Shown here: piece by piece, positions 41,448 to 50,794 of the stretch | Layout: every line of letters starts with the position of its first letter | Position numbering within the stretch: position 1 is the stretch's first letter | Translations under genes and position numbers: made by a program | From: Candidatus Hydrogenedentota bacterium | GTDB lineage: Bacteria; Hydrogenedentota; Hydrogenedentia; Hydrogenedentales; SLHB01 | DNA length: 64,000 nt | Direction of reading: 5' to 3' | Assembly: GCA_029974275.1 (NCBI GenBank) | Contig: JARKSN010000030.1 | Coordinates: 8,101-72,100, forward strand | Notes under the pieces: model-generated | What the model was told of the DNA's origin: nothing | What the model saw: the letters and a program-made list of their open reading frames with translations, nothing else | Database searches by the model: none

Positions 41448-41489
41448 TATTGTGTTGTCAGCTTTGGTATACTAGAGCCCAACACAATA
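41448..41489. promoter_or_regulatory. Imperfect palindrome centred on an extended -10 box upstream of murC
   Basis: TATTGTGTTG (41448-57) pairs with CAACACAATA (41480-89); the arms enclose TGGTATACT. Confidence 0.6.
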
Positions 41490-41519
41490 TAGGCAACGTG
41501 TACTATGGGGTGGTATGCA

Positions 41520-42956
41520 GTGAATGGATTGAAGCGAAAGGTCCATTTTGTCGGTGTCGGCGGCATCGGGATGAGTGGTCTTGCCGAGATATTGTTGAAT
41601 TTGGGTTATCAGGCGTCGGGTTCCGATCTCAAGGCTTCTCCGATCACGGAACGGCTGGCCTCGCTGGGGCTCGAGTTTCATGAGGGGCATGCCGCGTCCC
41701 ATATCGGCGACGCGGGCATTGTTGTCATTTCGGCGGCCGTGCAGGAGGACAATGTGGAGGTCGTAGCGGCGAAGCGCCGGGGCACGCCGGTGATTCATCG
41801 CAGCGATTTGCTCGCGGATTTGATGCGCCTGAAACCGAACGCCGTGGCCGTCGGCGGCACGCATGGCAAGACGACTACGACCTCGCTCATCAGCGCCATT
41901 CTCGATCGCGCGAACATCGGCGCAACGAGCATCGTCGGCGGCATCCTGCATCGCAGCGGCACGAACGCGCGCTGGGGCACAGGGGATTATCTCGTCGCGG
42001 AAGCGGATGAGCACGACGGATCGTTCCTGCGTTTGCACCCGACTATCAGCGTCGTGACAAATATCGACGCAGAGCATCTCGAATATTACGGCACGCTCGA
42101 CAAGATCAAGCGCGCCTTCACGGATTTTTGCAACGGCGTGCCCTTCTATGGCTATTCGATTGTCTGTTGGGACGACCCGAATGTGCGCGCGATCCTGGAG
42201 GATATCGAGAGCGTCTGCATCACGTACGGTCTTGGCGAGGGGGCGTCGTTGACCGCCGCGAACGTGGCGATGTGCGGGGTCGATGAAGACGCTACCGTGG
42301 CGGAACGGCTTTCAAAACTTGGGATGCAATTCGATGTCATTAGCCACGACGAGCGGTTGCAGGCCACCGGAAAACTCGGCGCTGTGCGCGTGCATGCCAT
42401 CGGCGAGCACAACGTGCGCAACGCATTGGCGGCGTGCGCGGTGGGATTGTGTCTCGGCATGAAGTTCGGCCACATCGCCGAAGGCCTCAAGTTGTACGAC
42501 GGCGTGCAGCGGCGGTTGCAAGTGCGCGGCACGCAACGCGGCGTTACGGTCATCGAAGACTACGCGCACCATCCGACCGAGATCGCGAGCACGCTCGAAG
42601 CGGTCCGGTGGGTCAAGCCGGGCCGCGTCATCGCGGTGTTTCAGCCGCACCTGTACAGCCGCACCAAATTTTTCAGCGACGAATTCGCGCAGGTGTTGAG
42701 CGGCGTTGACCGCGCGATCGTGACGGACATTTATCCCTCGCGCGAGGAGCCGATGCCGGGCGTGGACTCGGGCCTCATCGTTGATGCCGCGCACGCAAAA
42801 GGCGCGATGCACGTCGAACTCGTCAACGACATGAACAGCGTTCCCGCACTGCTGACTCCCTGTCTCCAAGACGGCGACGTGGCGCTCGTGTTGGGCGCCG
42901 GCAACATCAATCGCATCTGCGCGCCGTTGCTGGCCGAATTGCGGAGGGCTACATGA
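41520..42956 (+). CDS. murC: UDP-N-acetylmuramate--L-alanine ligase
   Basis: HFVGVGGIGMSGLA; GTHGKTTT; EADEHDGSF; DYAHHPTE; FQPHLYSRT. Confidence 0.97.
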   Translation: MNGLKRKVHFVGVGGIGMSGLAEILLNLGYQASGSDLKASPITERLASLGLEFHEGHAASHIGDAGIVVISAAVQEDNVEVVAAKRRGTPVIHRSDLLADLMRLKPNAVAVGGTHGKTTTTSLISAILDRANIGATSIVGGILHRSGTNARWGTGDYLVAEADEHDGSFLRLHPTISVVTNIDAEHLEYYGTLDKIKRAFTDFCNGVPFYGYSIVCWDDPNVRAILEDIESVCITYGLGEGASLTAANVAMCGVDEDATVAERLSKLGMQFDVISHDERLQATGKLGAVRVHAIGEHNVRNALAACAVGLCLGMKFGHIAEGLKLYDGVQRRLQVRGTQRGVTVIEDYAHHPTEIASTLEAVRWVKPGRVIAVFQPHLYSRTKFFSDEFAQVLSGVDRAIVTDIYPSREEPMPGVDSGLIVDAAHAKGAMHVELVNDMNSVPALLTPCLQDGDVALVLGAGNINRICAPLLAELRRAT

Positions 42957-43738
42957 CCACGCACACGTTTGCGGCGTCGCGGCATCGCGGGACGGGCCAG
43001 AAGCTGTTTCGGGCGTTTGCGAACACGATGACTTTTTTTCTGTTCGTAGCGTTTGTGGGCGGCGTGGCGTATGGGTTGTATCGTTTTGCGATTCAATCCC
43101 GCACGTTCAACGTCAGGACGGTCCACATCGAAGGGGCCTGTTTCTTACAGGAGGCAGACATCCTCGCTCAGTCCGGGATCACGTCGGACGACAATCTTCT
43201 GTTTTTGAACGTCTCCTCGGTGCGCGATCGGATGCTGGCGATTCCGTATGTTCGGACCTGTGAGGCGTTGCGCACTTTTCCCGACACGGTGACGATCCGC
43301 ATCGTGGAGCGCGTTCCGAAAGCCACCCTCGTCGTCAATAACCGCAACTATGAAATCGATGAGGAGAGCGTGGTGCTGCGAGAGATTCCGTCGGGCGATC
43401 CCTGCCCTGAGCCTTTCATCACCAACGTTGGGGGGAGCCAGGCCGTCGAGCCGGGTCTGCGCCTGGAACAGCCCGAGATTGCGCAAGCGTTGAGCGCGTG
43501 GAAGGCCTTCCGCGCCGAACCCATCGCGCAGGAGATCACGCTTTCCGAGATTGCGGCGCTGCGCGTGAACGACATCCGGATGTATTTCAACGAACTGCCT
43601 TTCGAGGTCCGGTGGGGCCGCAAGGATTTCGAGAGTCAGGCGCGGCGGTTCGAGACGCTTTGGCGCGCCAAGGAAAAGTGGTTGCCGTGCGCGGAGTATC
43701 TTGATCTGCGTTTTGATAGGGATGTGGCATGTAAGTGA
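42953..43738 (+). CDS. ftsQ: Cell division protein FtsQ/DivIB
   Basis: Single TM helix; POTRA-like domain (RTFPDTVTIRIVERVP); C-terminal YLDLRF. Confidence 0.88.
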   Translation: MTTHTFAASRHRGTGQKLFRAFANTMTFFLFVAFVGGVAYGLYRFAIQSRTFNVRTVHIEGACFLQEADILAQSGITSDDNLLFLNVSSVRDRMLAIPYVRTCEALRTFPDTVTIRIVERVPKATLVVNNRNYEIDEESVVLREIPSGDPCPEPFITNVGGSQAVEPGLRLEQPEIAQALSAWKAFRAEPIAQEITLSEIAALRVNDIRMYFNELPFEVRWGRKDFESQARRFETLWRAKEKWLPCAEYLDLRFDRDVACK

Positions 43739-43842
43739 TCGGCGAGGCTCCCCGGCGCGGCGCGCGCAGGGGAGCTTTCCGGTCGATATCGGCACTAACG
43801 ACGGGCCGCTGCAGGCGGCGGCGCAAGCGGGAGGCGGAGTAT

Positions 43843-45252
43843 ATGGACAGGCACACGACTGGCGGCAGCAATGGGCAGGGCGCGCCGAGCGCGATCACGA
43901 CGTTGAGCGCGCGAACGATGGGGCAGCGCGACGGCGCCACGGGTCAGCCTCCGATGGCGATTGGCATCGCCGAGGAGTTCAACTCCTTCGATCAGCGCGC
44001 GATCATCAAGGTGTGCGGCATTGGCGGCGGCGGCGGCAACGCCATCACGCGCATGATTGCGGCGGGACTGAAGGGCGTCGAGTTCATCGCCGTCAACACC
44101 GACGCTTTGGCGCTCAAGCATTCGCCCGCCAGCACACGGCTTCAGATCGGGGCCGAGATCACGAGCGGGCTGGGCGCGGGCGCAGAGCCGGAGGTGGGAC
44201 AGAAGGCCGCGTTGGAGGATATTGGCCGCATTGAGGATGTCGTGCGCGGAGCCGACATGGTGTTTGTGACGGCTGGGCTTGGCGGCGGCACGGGAACCGG
44301 GGCATGTCCGATTGTCGCGGAAGCGGCGCGCAAGAACGGCGCGTTGACCGTCGGCATCGTGACGTTGCCGTTCGATTTCGAGGGTTCGCGCCGCATGGAG
44401 AATGCGATGCGCGGCTTGGCCGATCTCGAGGCCAATGTCGATTCGCTCATTGTCGTGCCGAATGAGCGCCTCGCCTCGCTTTGCCAGGGCAGCAACATCA
44501 GCTTTCTGAATGCTTTTGTGCAGGCTGACGAGGTGTTGCATAACGGCGTGCGCGCCATTTCCGAAGTCATTCATGTATTGGGGCTTGTCAATCGCGATTT
44601 TGCCGACGTTCGCACGACCATGAAGAACGGCGGGCGGGCCTTGATGGGGATTGGCGTGGCAGAGGGCGAAAACCGCGCTATCCGCGCCGCGGAGGAGGCC
44701 ATCATTTGTCCGCTGCTCGAACAATCGAGCATCGACGGGGCCACGGGCGTCATCGTCAACATCAAGAGCGGCTGCGACATCGGCATGCGCGAAGTGCAGG
44801 AGGCCGTCAGCATCGTCAAGAAGGCGGCTCATCCGAGCGCCAACATCTTGTTCGGTGCGGTTGTCGACACAGAGCAACGTCCGGATGTTCAGGTGACCGT
44901 CATCGCGGCGGGATTCAAGAACGCAGCGGCCGCGCCTGCGACCGGCGCGCCGAACGCAGCGGAAGCGCCTCTCGTCGTGGAAGGGCCCTCTTCCCCGGTT
45001 GTCGCCGTCGAATCTTCGCCCTCGGAAACGCTTCCTAAAGCGCCGACGGCAACGCCGTCCAAGTCCGAGCCGGTCGCGGTCGTTCTGCCGAAGGCGGCCA
45101 AGCCGGAACCGGAGGAGACGCGCGGGATCGAGCCTCAAATGCCGCTTCCTGGAGTCGAATCGGCCAAAGCGGAATCCGTCCCTGTCCCTTCCGCGGATGA
45201 GGAAGACATGGCGTATCCCACGTTTTGGCGAAATCGGTTTAGAAAGAAGTGA
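43843..45252 (+). CDS. ftsZ: Cell division protein FtsZ (start 43843 or later)
   Basis: IKVCGIGGGGGNA; GLGAGA; GGGTGTG; NRDFAD; Pro/Ala-rich linker. Confidence 0.97.
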   Translation: MDRHTTGGSNGQGAPSAITTLSARTMGQRDGATGQPPMAIGIAEEFNSFDQRAIIKVCGIGGGGGNAITRMIAAGLKGVEFIAVNTDALALKHSPASTRLQIGAEITSGLGAGAEPEVGQKAALEDIGRIEDVVRGADMVFVTAGLGGGTGTGACPIVAEAARKNGALTVGIVTLPFDFEGSRRMENAMRGLADLEANVDSLIVVPNERLASLCQGSNISFLNAFVQADEVLHNGVRAISEVIHVLGLVNRDFADVRTTMKNGGRALMGIGVAEGENRAIRAAEEAIICPLLEQSSIDGATGVIVNIKSGCDIGMREVQEAVSIVKKAAHPSANILFGAVVDTEQRPDVQVTVIAAGFKNAAAAPATGAPNAAEAPLVVEGPSSPVVAVESSPSETLPKAPTATPSKSEPVAVVLPKAAKPEPEETRGIEPQMPLPGVESAKAESVPVPSADEEDMAYPTFWRNRFRKK

Positions 45253-45623
45253 GGCAACTCGCTCGCACGCTATCGCTTCCAAGGGCTGGAAGGCGTTGGG
45301 GGGATAGTGCTTTCCATGCCCGCAGGGGCAAGGCCTTGCCGTTTCTGAAAGCGTTATATTCCCTTGACATATGTCCAGCGATGCGCAAGAATGCATGAGC
45401 GTGGCGCGGATGTTCTCAAGCCTGCGTCGTCCGCTTAAAACGATATGTTGTCATGTTTTTCCGCTGCGGGCGTGGCGGCTTTGGAAGAACTGCCGAGGCC
45501 GAGGGGTTTGCTTGTGCGGGGCATGAGTGAGGTTTTTTTCGCGCCATTTTTTTCGCAGGGAGAGGGAGATTGCACGCGGGAAGGTAATTTGTTGACAAAT
45601 AGATTCATAAGTCGAATGTTTTC

Positions 45624-45676
45624 AATGATATCTATCATTATTTACATTGACAGAAGTGGGGATTGTCTGGTACATT
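45624..45676 (+). promoter_or_regulatory. Putative promoter and palindromic operator of the type IV filament operon
   Basis: AATGATA-tc-TATCATT (45624-39); TTGACA (45647)-N18-TACATT with TGn; AT-rich tract. Confidence 0.55.
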
Positions 45677-45848
45677 GATAGTGACTCTCATACGCGACGC
45701 GAGAGGTCGTCCGGGATGGGCAAGAGGCCTGTAAGCGCGATCGTATATAGGGGCGGGATCGGTCTCTGAGACAGGAGCGCGGGTGCGCACCGATGCGGGG
45801 GCGCGTGTGGATGCCCGTCGCCCAGGCAAGAGCAAAGGGAAGGCAGCC

Positions 45849-47714
45849 GTGCAGCAGTCGCTCAACTTCAGTCTATTCGGCCAACGGCTGGTGCAGCGCG
45901 GCATTATCACCGAGCAGCAGCTTGCCGAGGCGATTCATAAGCAACAGACGACGATGAGCCATCGTAAGCTGGGCGAGATTCTCGTCCGGCTGGGGTATAT
46001 CGCCAAGAGCCATATCACCGAAGGGCTGGCGGATCAACTGGGCATTCCCATCATCCGCCTTTCCGATCGCGAGATACCTGAACGCATCCGCAATTTGATC
46101 GAACCTGCCATCGCCACGCTGTACCGCGTCATTCCCGTCGCCGAGGAGGGCGACAAACTTCTTATCGCCACGGCCGACCCGACCAATATCAATCAGTTGG
46201 ACAATCTCGAGCGCCTCATCGAGCGGCAGATCGAGCCGCAGTTGGCGACGCCGCAGGAGATCAGCTTGGCGCTGGCCAAGTATTACGGTCTTCCCGACAC
46301 GACGGTGGAGACGCTGTTGTCTTCCGTGAGCAGCGCGAGCACGATGAGCACGTTGAGCACGATGTCCAACGTGAGTTCGCTGGATTCGTCGCTGAGCAGC
46401 CTGGGCAGCTTGTCGGGCAGCGACATCAGCATCAACAGCCTGAGCATGGAAAGTCCTGAATTCGAGGCGGCGTTGGGCGTGGTCAAGGGCGAGGACGAGG
46501 ATAGCGACAGCCCGGTGGTGCGGTACGTGATGACCATGATCCTCGAGGCGTTCCGCTTGCGGGCCAGCGATATCCATATCGAGCCGGGCAAGACGGACGT
46601 GAAGGTCCGTTTTCGCATCGACGGGGTGCTGCAGCAGATGCCGAATCCGCCCAAACGCGCGCAGCCTTCGATCATTTCGCGGCTCAAGATCATGGCGGGC
46701 ATGGACATTTCCGAGCGGCGCGTTCCACAGGACGGACGCATCAAGCTGCCGCTGGCGGGCAAGGTGGTCGACCTGCGCGTCAGCGCCTTGCCGGCGTCTC
46801 ACGGCGAGTCCATGGTCATGCGCATTCTCGACAAGAGCGGACTTTTTCTCGGCCTTGGCCAGCTGGGTTTCACGCCGGAGGATCAGAAGCGGTGGGAGGA
46901 GTTGTTGGCCGAGGCGACGGGCGTCGTGTTGGTGACAGGCCCCACAGGGTCGGGCAAGACAACGACGTTGTATGCCTCGCTGCACAAGTTGAATCAGCCG
47001 GACACCAAGATCATCACCGTCGAGGACCCGGTTGAGTATCAGCTCAATGGCATCAATCAGGTGCAGATTCAGCATGACATTGGATGGACTTTCGGGCGTG
47101 CTTTGCGCGCCCTCTTGCGTCGGGACCCGGACATCCTCAGGGTGGGCGAAATTCGCGACGCGGAGACGGCCGAAATCGCCATCAAGTCCGCGCTGACAGG
47201 GCATCTCGTGTTTTCGACGTTGCACACGAACGACGCGCCGAGCGCGTTTTTGCGCATCGTGGACATTGGCGTGAAGCCGTTTTTGGTGGCTTCGGGCGTG
47301 CGCGCCGTGTTGGGGCAGCGGCTGGTCCGCGTCATCTGCTCCACGTGCAAGGAGAGTTACCGTCCGGATACGTTTGAAATCGAGCAGGCGAACGTCTCCT
47401 TGGACATTTCCAAATATGAATTTTTCCGGGGCCGCGGCTGCAACAACTGCAATCATAGCGGCTATCAAGGCCGCATCGGGGTGTACGAACTCCTTATCAA
47501 CACCGACAAGATTCGCTCGATGGTGATGGAGGGGGCTCCGGCAGGCATGTTGCGTCGCGAGGCGCGGCTGGGCGGCATGTGCACCATGCGCCAGGACGCC
47601 TTGAAAAAGGCCCTCAATGGAATCACGACGCTTGAGGAGGTTGTCCGCGTGACGCAGCCGGATGAGCCGTTGCCGACGGCCGAAGCGGACGTAGCCGTGC
47701 CGGCGTCGGCATAG
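45849..47714 (+). CDS. pilB: PilB/GspE-family assembly ATPase (copy 1), MshEN-like N-terminus
   Basis: ASDIHIEP; PQDGRI; GPTGSGKTTT; EDPVEY; GHLVFSTLHTND; tetra-Cys motif. Confidence 0.93.
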   Translation: MQQSLNFSLFGQRLVQRGIITEQQLAEAIHKQQTTMSHRKLGEILVRLGYIAKSHITEGLADQLGIPIIRLSDREIPERIRNLIEPAIATLYRVIPVAEEGDKLLIATADPTNINQLDNLERLIERQIEPQLATPQEISLALAKYYGLPDTTVETLLSSVSSASTMSTLSTMSNVSSLDSSLSSLGSLSGSDISINSLSMESPEFEAALGVVKGEDEDSDSPVVRYVMTMILEAFRLRASDIHIEPGKTDVKVRFRIDGVLQQMPNPPKRAQPSIISRLKIMAGMDISERRVPQDGRIKLPLAGKVVDLRVSALPASHGESMVMRILDKSGLFLGLGQLGFTPEDQKRWEELLAEATGVVLVTGPTGSGKTTTLYASLHKLNQPDTKIITVEDPVEYQLNGINQVQIQHDIGWTFGRALRALLRRDPDILRVGEIRDAETAEIAIKSALTGHLVFSTLHTNDAPSAFLRIVDIGVKPFLVASGVRAVLGQRLVRVICSTCKESYRPDTFEIEQANVSLDISKYEFFRGRGCNNCNHSGYQGRIGVYELLINTDKIRSMVMEGAPAGMLRREARLGGMCTMRQDALKKALNGITTLEEVVRVTQPDEPLPTAEADVAVPASA

Positions 47715-47752
47715 GGTAGGAAACGGGGCGCGCCCCAAAGGAGACCGCGTTC

Positions 47753-48874
47753 ATGGCGTATGAGATGGTGCCGTTGTTGCGCATGCTGATTGATCGGGAA
47801 GGTTCGGATTTGCATCTTGCCGTGGACAATCCGCCGGTGGGGCGCGTGCATGGTCATTTGCAATATTTTGGCGAGACCCCGTTGACCGCGGACGACACCG
47901 AACGTTTGATGAAAAGCGTGGCTTCCGTGGATAACCAGCAGGAATTGCAGGAGGTGGGCGGATCGGACTTTGGATTCGCCTTTGAGGATATCGCCCGGTT
48001 TCGCGTGTCGATTTTCAAGCAAAAGGGCTATGTGGGCATGGTGCTGCGGTTGATTCCGCGCAAGATATTGACCTTTGAGGAGATTGGGCTTCCGCAGAGC
48101 CTCAAGCAGGTGATCAATCAGCCGCGCGGCCTGATTTTGGTGACGGGGCCGACGGGATCGGGCAAGTCGACGAGTCTGGCGACGATGATCGACTGGCTGA
48201 ACGGCGAGTTCGATCATCACATCATCACGATCGAGGATCCGATAGAGTATTACCACTCGCACAAGAAGAGCATTGTGACGCAGCGCGAGGTGGGGGTGGA
48301 CGTGCCCACTTTCGCGGAGGCGCTGCGTCGCGCGTTGCGTCAGGATCCTGACGTGATCCTGGTGGGCGAAATGCGCGATTTGGAGACGATTGGCGCGGCG
48401 GTGACGGCGGCCGAGACCGGTCACTTGGTGTTTGGCACGCTGCATACGACGGGAGCCGTGCGCACCATTGACCGTATCGTCGACGCGTTTCCGACCAACC
48501 AGCAGGAACAGATTCGCACGCAGCTTGCCGGCAATCTGAAATCCATCATTTCTCAAACGCTTTTGCCGCGCAAGAGCGGTTTTGGCCGCGTGGCGGCGTT
48601 CGAGGTCATGATCACCACGCCCGCCATTCAAAATCTCATCCGCGAGAATAAGTCGTACCGCATCACGTCTGCGATTCAGACCGGCCACAAGTTCGGCATG
48701 AACCTGCTGGATGAACATCTGCTGATGCTGTATAAGCGCGGCATCGTGAAGTATGAGGACTGCGTTTCCAAGTCGCAATCGGCCGACGAGTTCGAGGCGG
48801 CGGCGCGGGCGGCGGGATTGGAAGATATGCCCGCAGCGAAACCGGCGCCGGGCGCGGCGACGGCGCGCCACTAG
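47753..48874 (+). CDS. pilT: Type IV pilus retraction ATPase
   Basis: GSDLHL; GPTGSGKST; QREVG.D; ALRQDPD; [13 protein letters not shown]; AIQNLIRE. Confidence 0.95.
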   Translation: MAYEMVPLLRMLIDREGSDLHLAVDNPPVGRVHGHLQYFGETPLTADDTERLMKSVASVDNQQELQEVGGSDFGFAFEDIARFRVSIFKQKGYVGMVLRLIPRKILTFEEIGLPQSLKQVINQPRGLILVTGPTGSGKSTSLATMIDWLNGEFDHHIITIEDPIEYYHSHKKSIVTQREVGVDVPTFAEALRRALRQDPDVILVGEMRDLETIGAAVTAAETGHLVFGTLHTTGAVRTIDRIVDAFPTNQQEQIRTQLAGNLKSIISQTLLPRKSGFGRVAAFEVMITTPAIQNLIRENKSYRITSAIQTGHKFGMNLLDEHLLMLYKRGIVKYEDCVSKSQSADEFEAAARAAGLEDMPAAKPAPGAATARH

Positions 48875-48972
48875 GACGGGCGGGCGGCGCGGCGAGGGCT
48901 GCGCCGGGCGGATGCCAAGGGATAAACGCCGCGCGGTAGGCGCGCGGACAGCGTGAAAACGGGAAAGGCGCG

Positions 48973-50715
48973 ATGTCTGTCACGAATGAAAGACTGGTGG
49001 GCGACATCCTCATCGATCATGGGGTCATCAGTCCGCTGGAACTGGATGAAGCCCTGCAGCGACAGCGCCTGACGGGCGACATGTTGGGGCGCGTTCTCGT
49101 CAAGATGGGCCTGTGCGACGAACAGGCCATCGTCGAGGCGTTGGGCGTTCAGTTCGGGATGGAGCGGGTCGACATCAGCAAACTCAAGGTGTCCGAGGAT
49201 ACGCTCCGGAAGATCACGCCCGATATTGCCCGGTTTTACAGCGTCGTGCCGGTTCGCGAGGAAAATGGCTCTCTTGTGGTCGCCATGGCCGATCCCCTCA
49301 ACATCGGCATTTTGGACGATATTCGCCAGATCGTGGGCGAGCCGGTGCGGGGCGCCATCAGCAATCATCATGACGTGGCCGCCTTCATCAAGGAAAATTA
49401 TTCGTACGAGGCGGACTCCGTCCACGAGACCTTGCAGGCGCTCATCGCGCGGGTGGGCGATTCGGCGCTCACTCCGGAAGAAATGGGGCAGCAGGAGATC
49501 ATTGGCGACGTCGACAATTTGGTGTTGCTGGCGCAGGAGCCGGAAGTCATCAAGATCGTCAATCTTGTTTTGCTCGAAGCCGTGCAGAAACGCGCTTCCG
49601 ACATTCATTTCGAGACGTACGAGGAGGATTTCCGCATTCGCATCCGGGTCGACGGCGTGCTTCTTGAGATCGTCAGCCCGCCGAGGACGCTCTCGCTGGC
49701 CCTCATTTCGCGCGTGAAAATCATGTGCAACATGGACATCAGCGAGCGCCGGTTGCCGCAGGATCAGCGCATCGAGATCAAGGTGGGCGATTCGCTCATC
49801 GACATCCGCGTGGCGACTTTGCCGACGCTGTTTGGCGAGAACATCGTGATGCGTCTGCTCGACCGGACCGCTGTCAAAATCGATCTGGATAAGCTGGGGT
49901 TCGCGCCGCAGGTTCTCAAGCCGATCAAGACCATCATCCACCGCCCCAACGGCATTTTTCTGGTCACCGGGCCGACCAGTTCGGGCAAGACGACCACCTT
50001 GTACGCATGTCTCACTGAATTGAACCAGGTGGGCGTGAAAATCATCACGACCGAGGACCCGGTGGAGTTGCAAATTGATCGCATCGTGCAGGTGCAGGTG
50101 AAGGAGGACATTGGCCTCACGTTCGCCGCGTGTCTGCGTTCGATTTTGCGGCAGGACCCTGACATCGTGATGGTCGGCGAAATTCGCGATCTCGAGACGG
50201 CGCAGATTGCCGTTGAGGCTTCTCTGACGGGACACTTGGTGCTGAGCACCATCCATACGAACAGCGCCCCCGAGACGATCACGCGTTTGCTCGACATGGA
50301 TTTGGAGCCATTCTTGATCACGGCTTCGTTGTCGGCGGTATTGGCCCAGCGTCTGGTGCGCGTTGTGTGCCGGCATTGTCATGAGATTTATGCGCCCGAC
50401 AAGGACGAGATGAACTTTCTGGGGCTGCCTCGCAGTTGGCGCGACGATCCGAATCTTCGTTTTGCGCGGCCCAAGGGATGTCCGGCGTGCGATTATACGG
50501 GGTACATGGGCCGCGTAGGCTTGTTCGAGCTGTTGGTGGTGGATGAAAAGGTCTGCGATCTCATTTTGAATCGAGCGATGGCCCACGACATCCGCAAACA
50601 CGCCCGGCGCCATCAGGGCATGTTGACCCTGCGCGAGGCGGGGCTCATCAAGTGCGTGCAGCACGTCACCACCCCCGAGGAGGTGCTGCAGCATACGGAC
50701 CATTATGAGGATTGA
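48973..50715 (+). CDS. pilB: PilB/GspE-family assembly ATPase (copy 2), MshEN-like N-terminus
   Basis: RASDIHFE; GPTSSGKTTT; LRQDPDIVMVGEIRD; CRHC..CPAC. Confidence 0.93.
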   Translation: MSVTNERLVGDILIDHGVISPLELDEALQRQRLTGDMLGRVLVKMGLCDEQAIVEALGVQFGMERVDISKLKVSEDTLRKITPDIARFYSVVPVREENGSLVVAMADPLNIGILDDIRQIVGEPVRGAISNHHDVAAFIKENYSYEADSVHETLQALIARVGDSALTPEEMGQQEIIGDVDNLVLLAQEPEVIKIVNLVLLEAVQKRASDIHFETYEEDFRIRIRVDGVLLEIVSPPRTLSLALISRVKIMCNMDISERRLPQDQRIEIKVGDSLIDIRVATLPTLFGENIVMRLLDRTAVKIDLDKLGFAPQVLKPIKTIIHRPNGIFLVTGPTSSGKTTTLYACLTELNQVGVKIITTEDPVELQIDRIVQVQVKEDIGLTFAACLRSILRQDPDIVMVGEIRDLETAQIAVEASLTGHLVLSTIHTNSAPETITRLLDMDLEPFLITASLSAVLAQRLVRVVCRHCHEIYAPDKDEMNFLGLPRSWRDDPNLRFARPKGCPACDYTGYMGRVGLFELLVVDEKVCDLILNRAMAHDIRKHARRHQGMLTLREAGLIKCVQHVTTPEEVLQHTDHYED

Positions 50716-50794
50716 GGAATGGGCCCGGCAGGGCCGAGGCTTTCGTGAAACAGCCCGCGGTCAAGCGGGCGGAACGTGAACCGGGAGAGCCAGG

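Noticed and set aside
45253-45848. Riboswitch or ncRNA in the long spacer before pilB1
   Set aside because: No recognisable c-di-GMP or other riboswitch consensus by eye; an Rfam scan would be needed.
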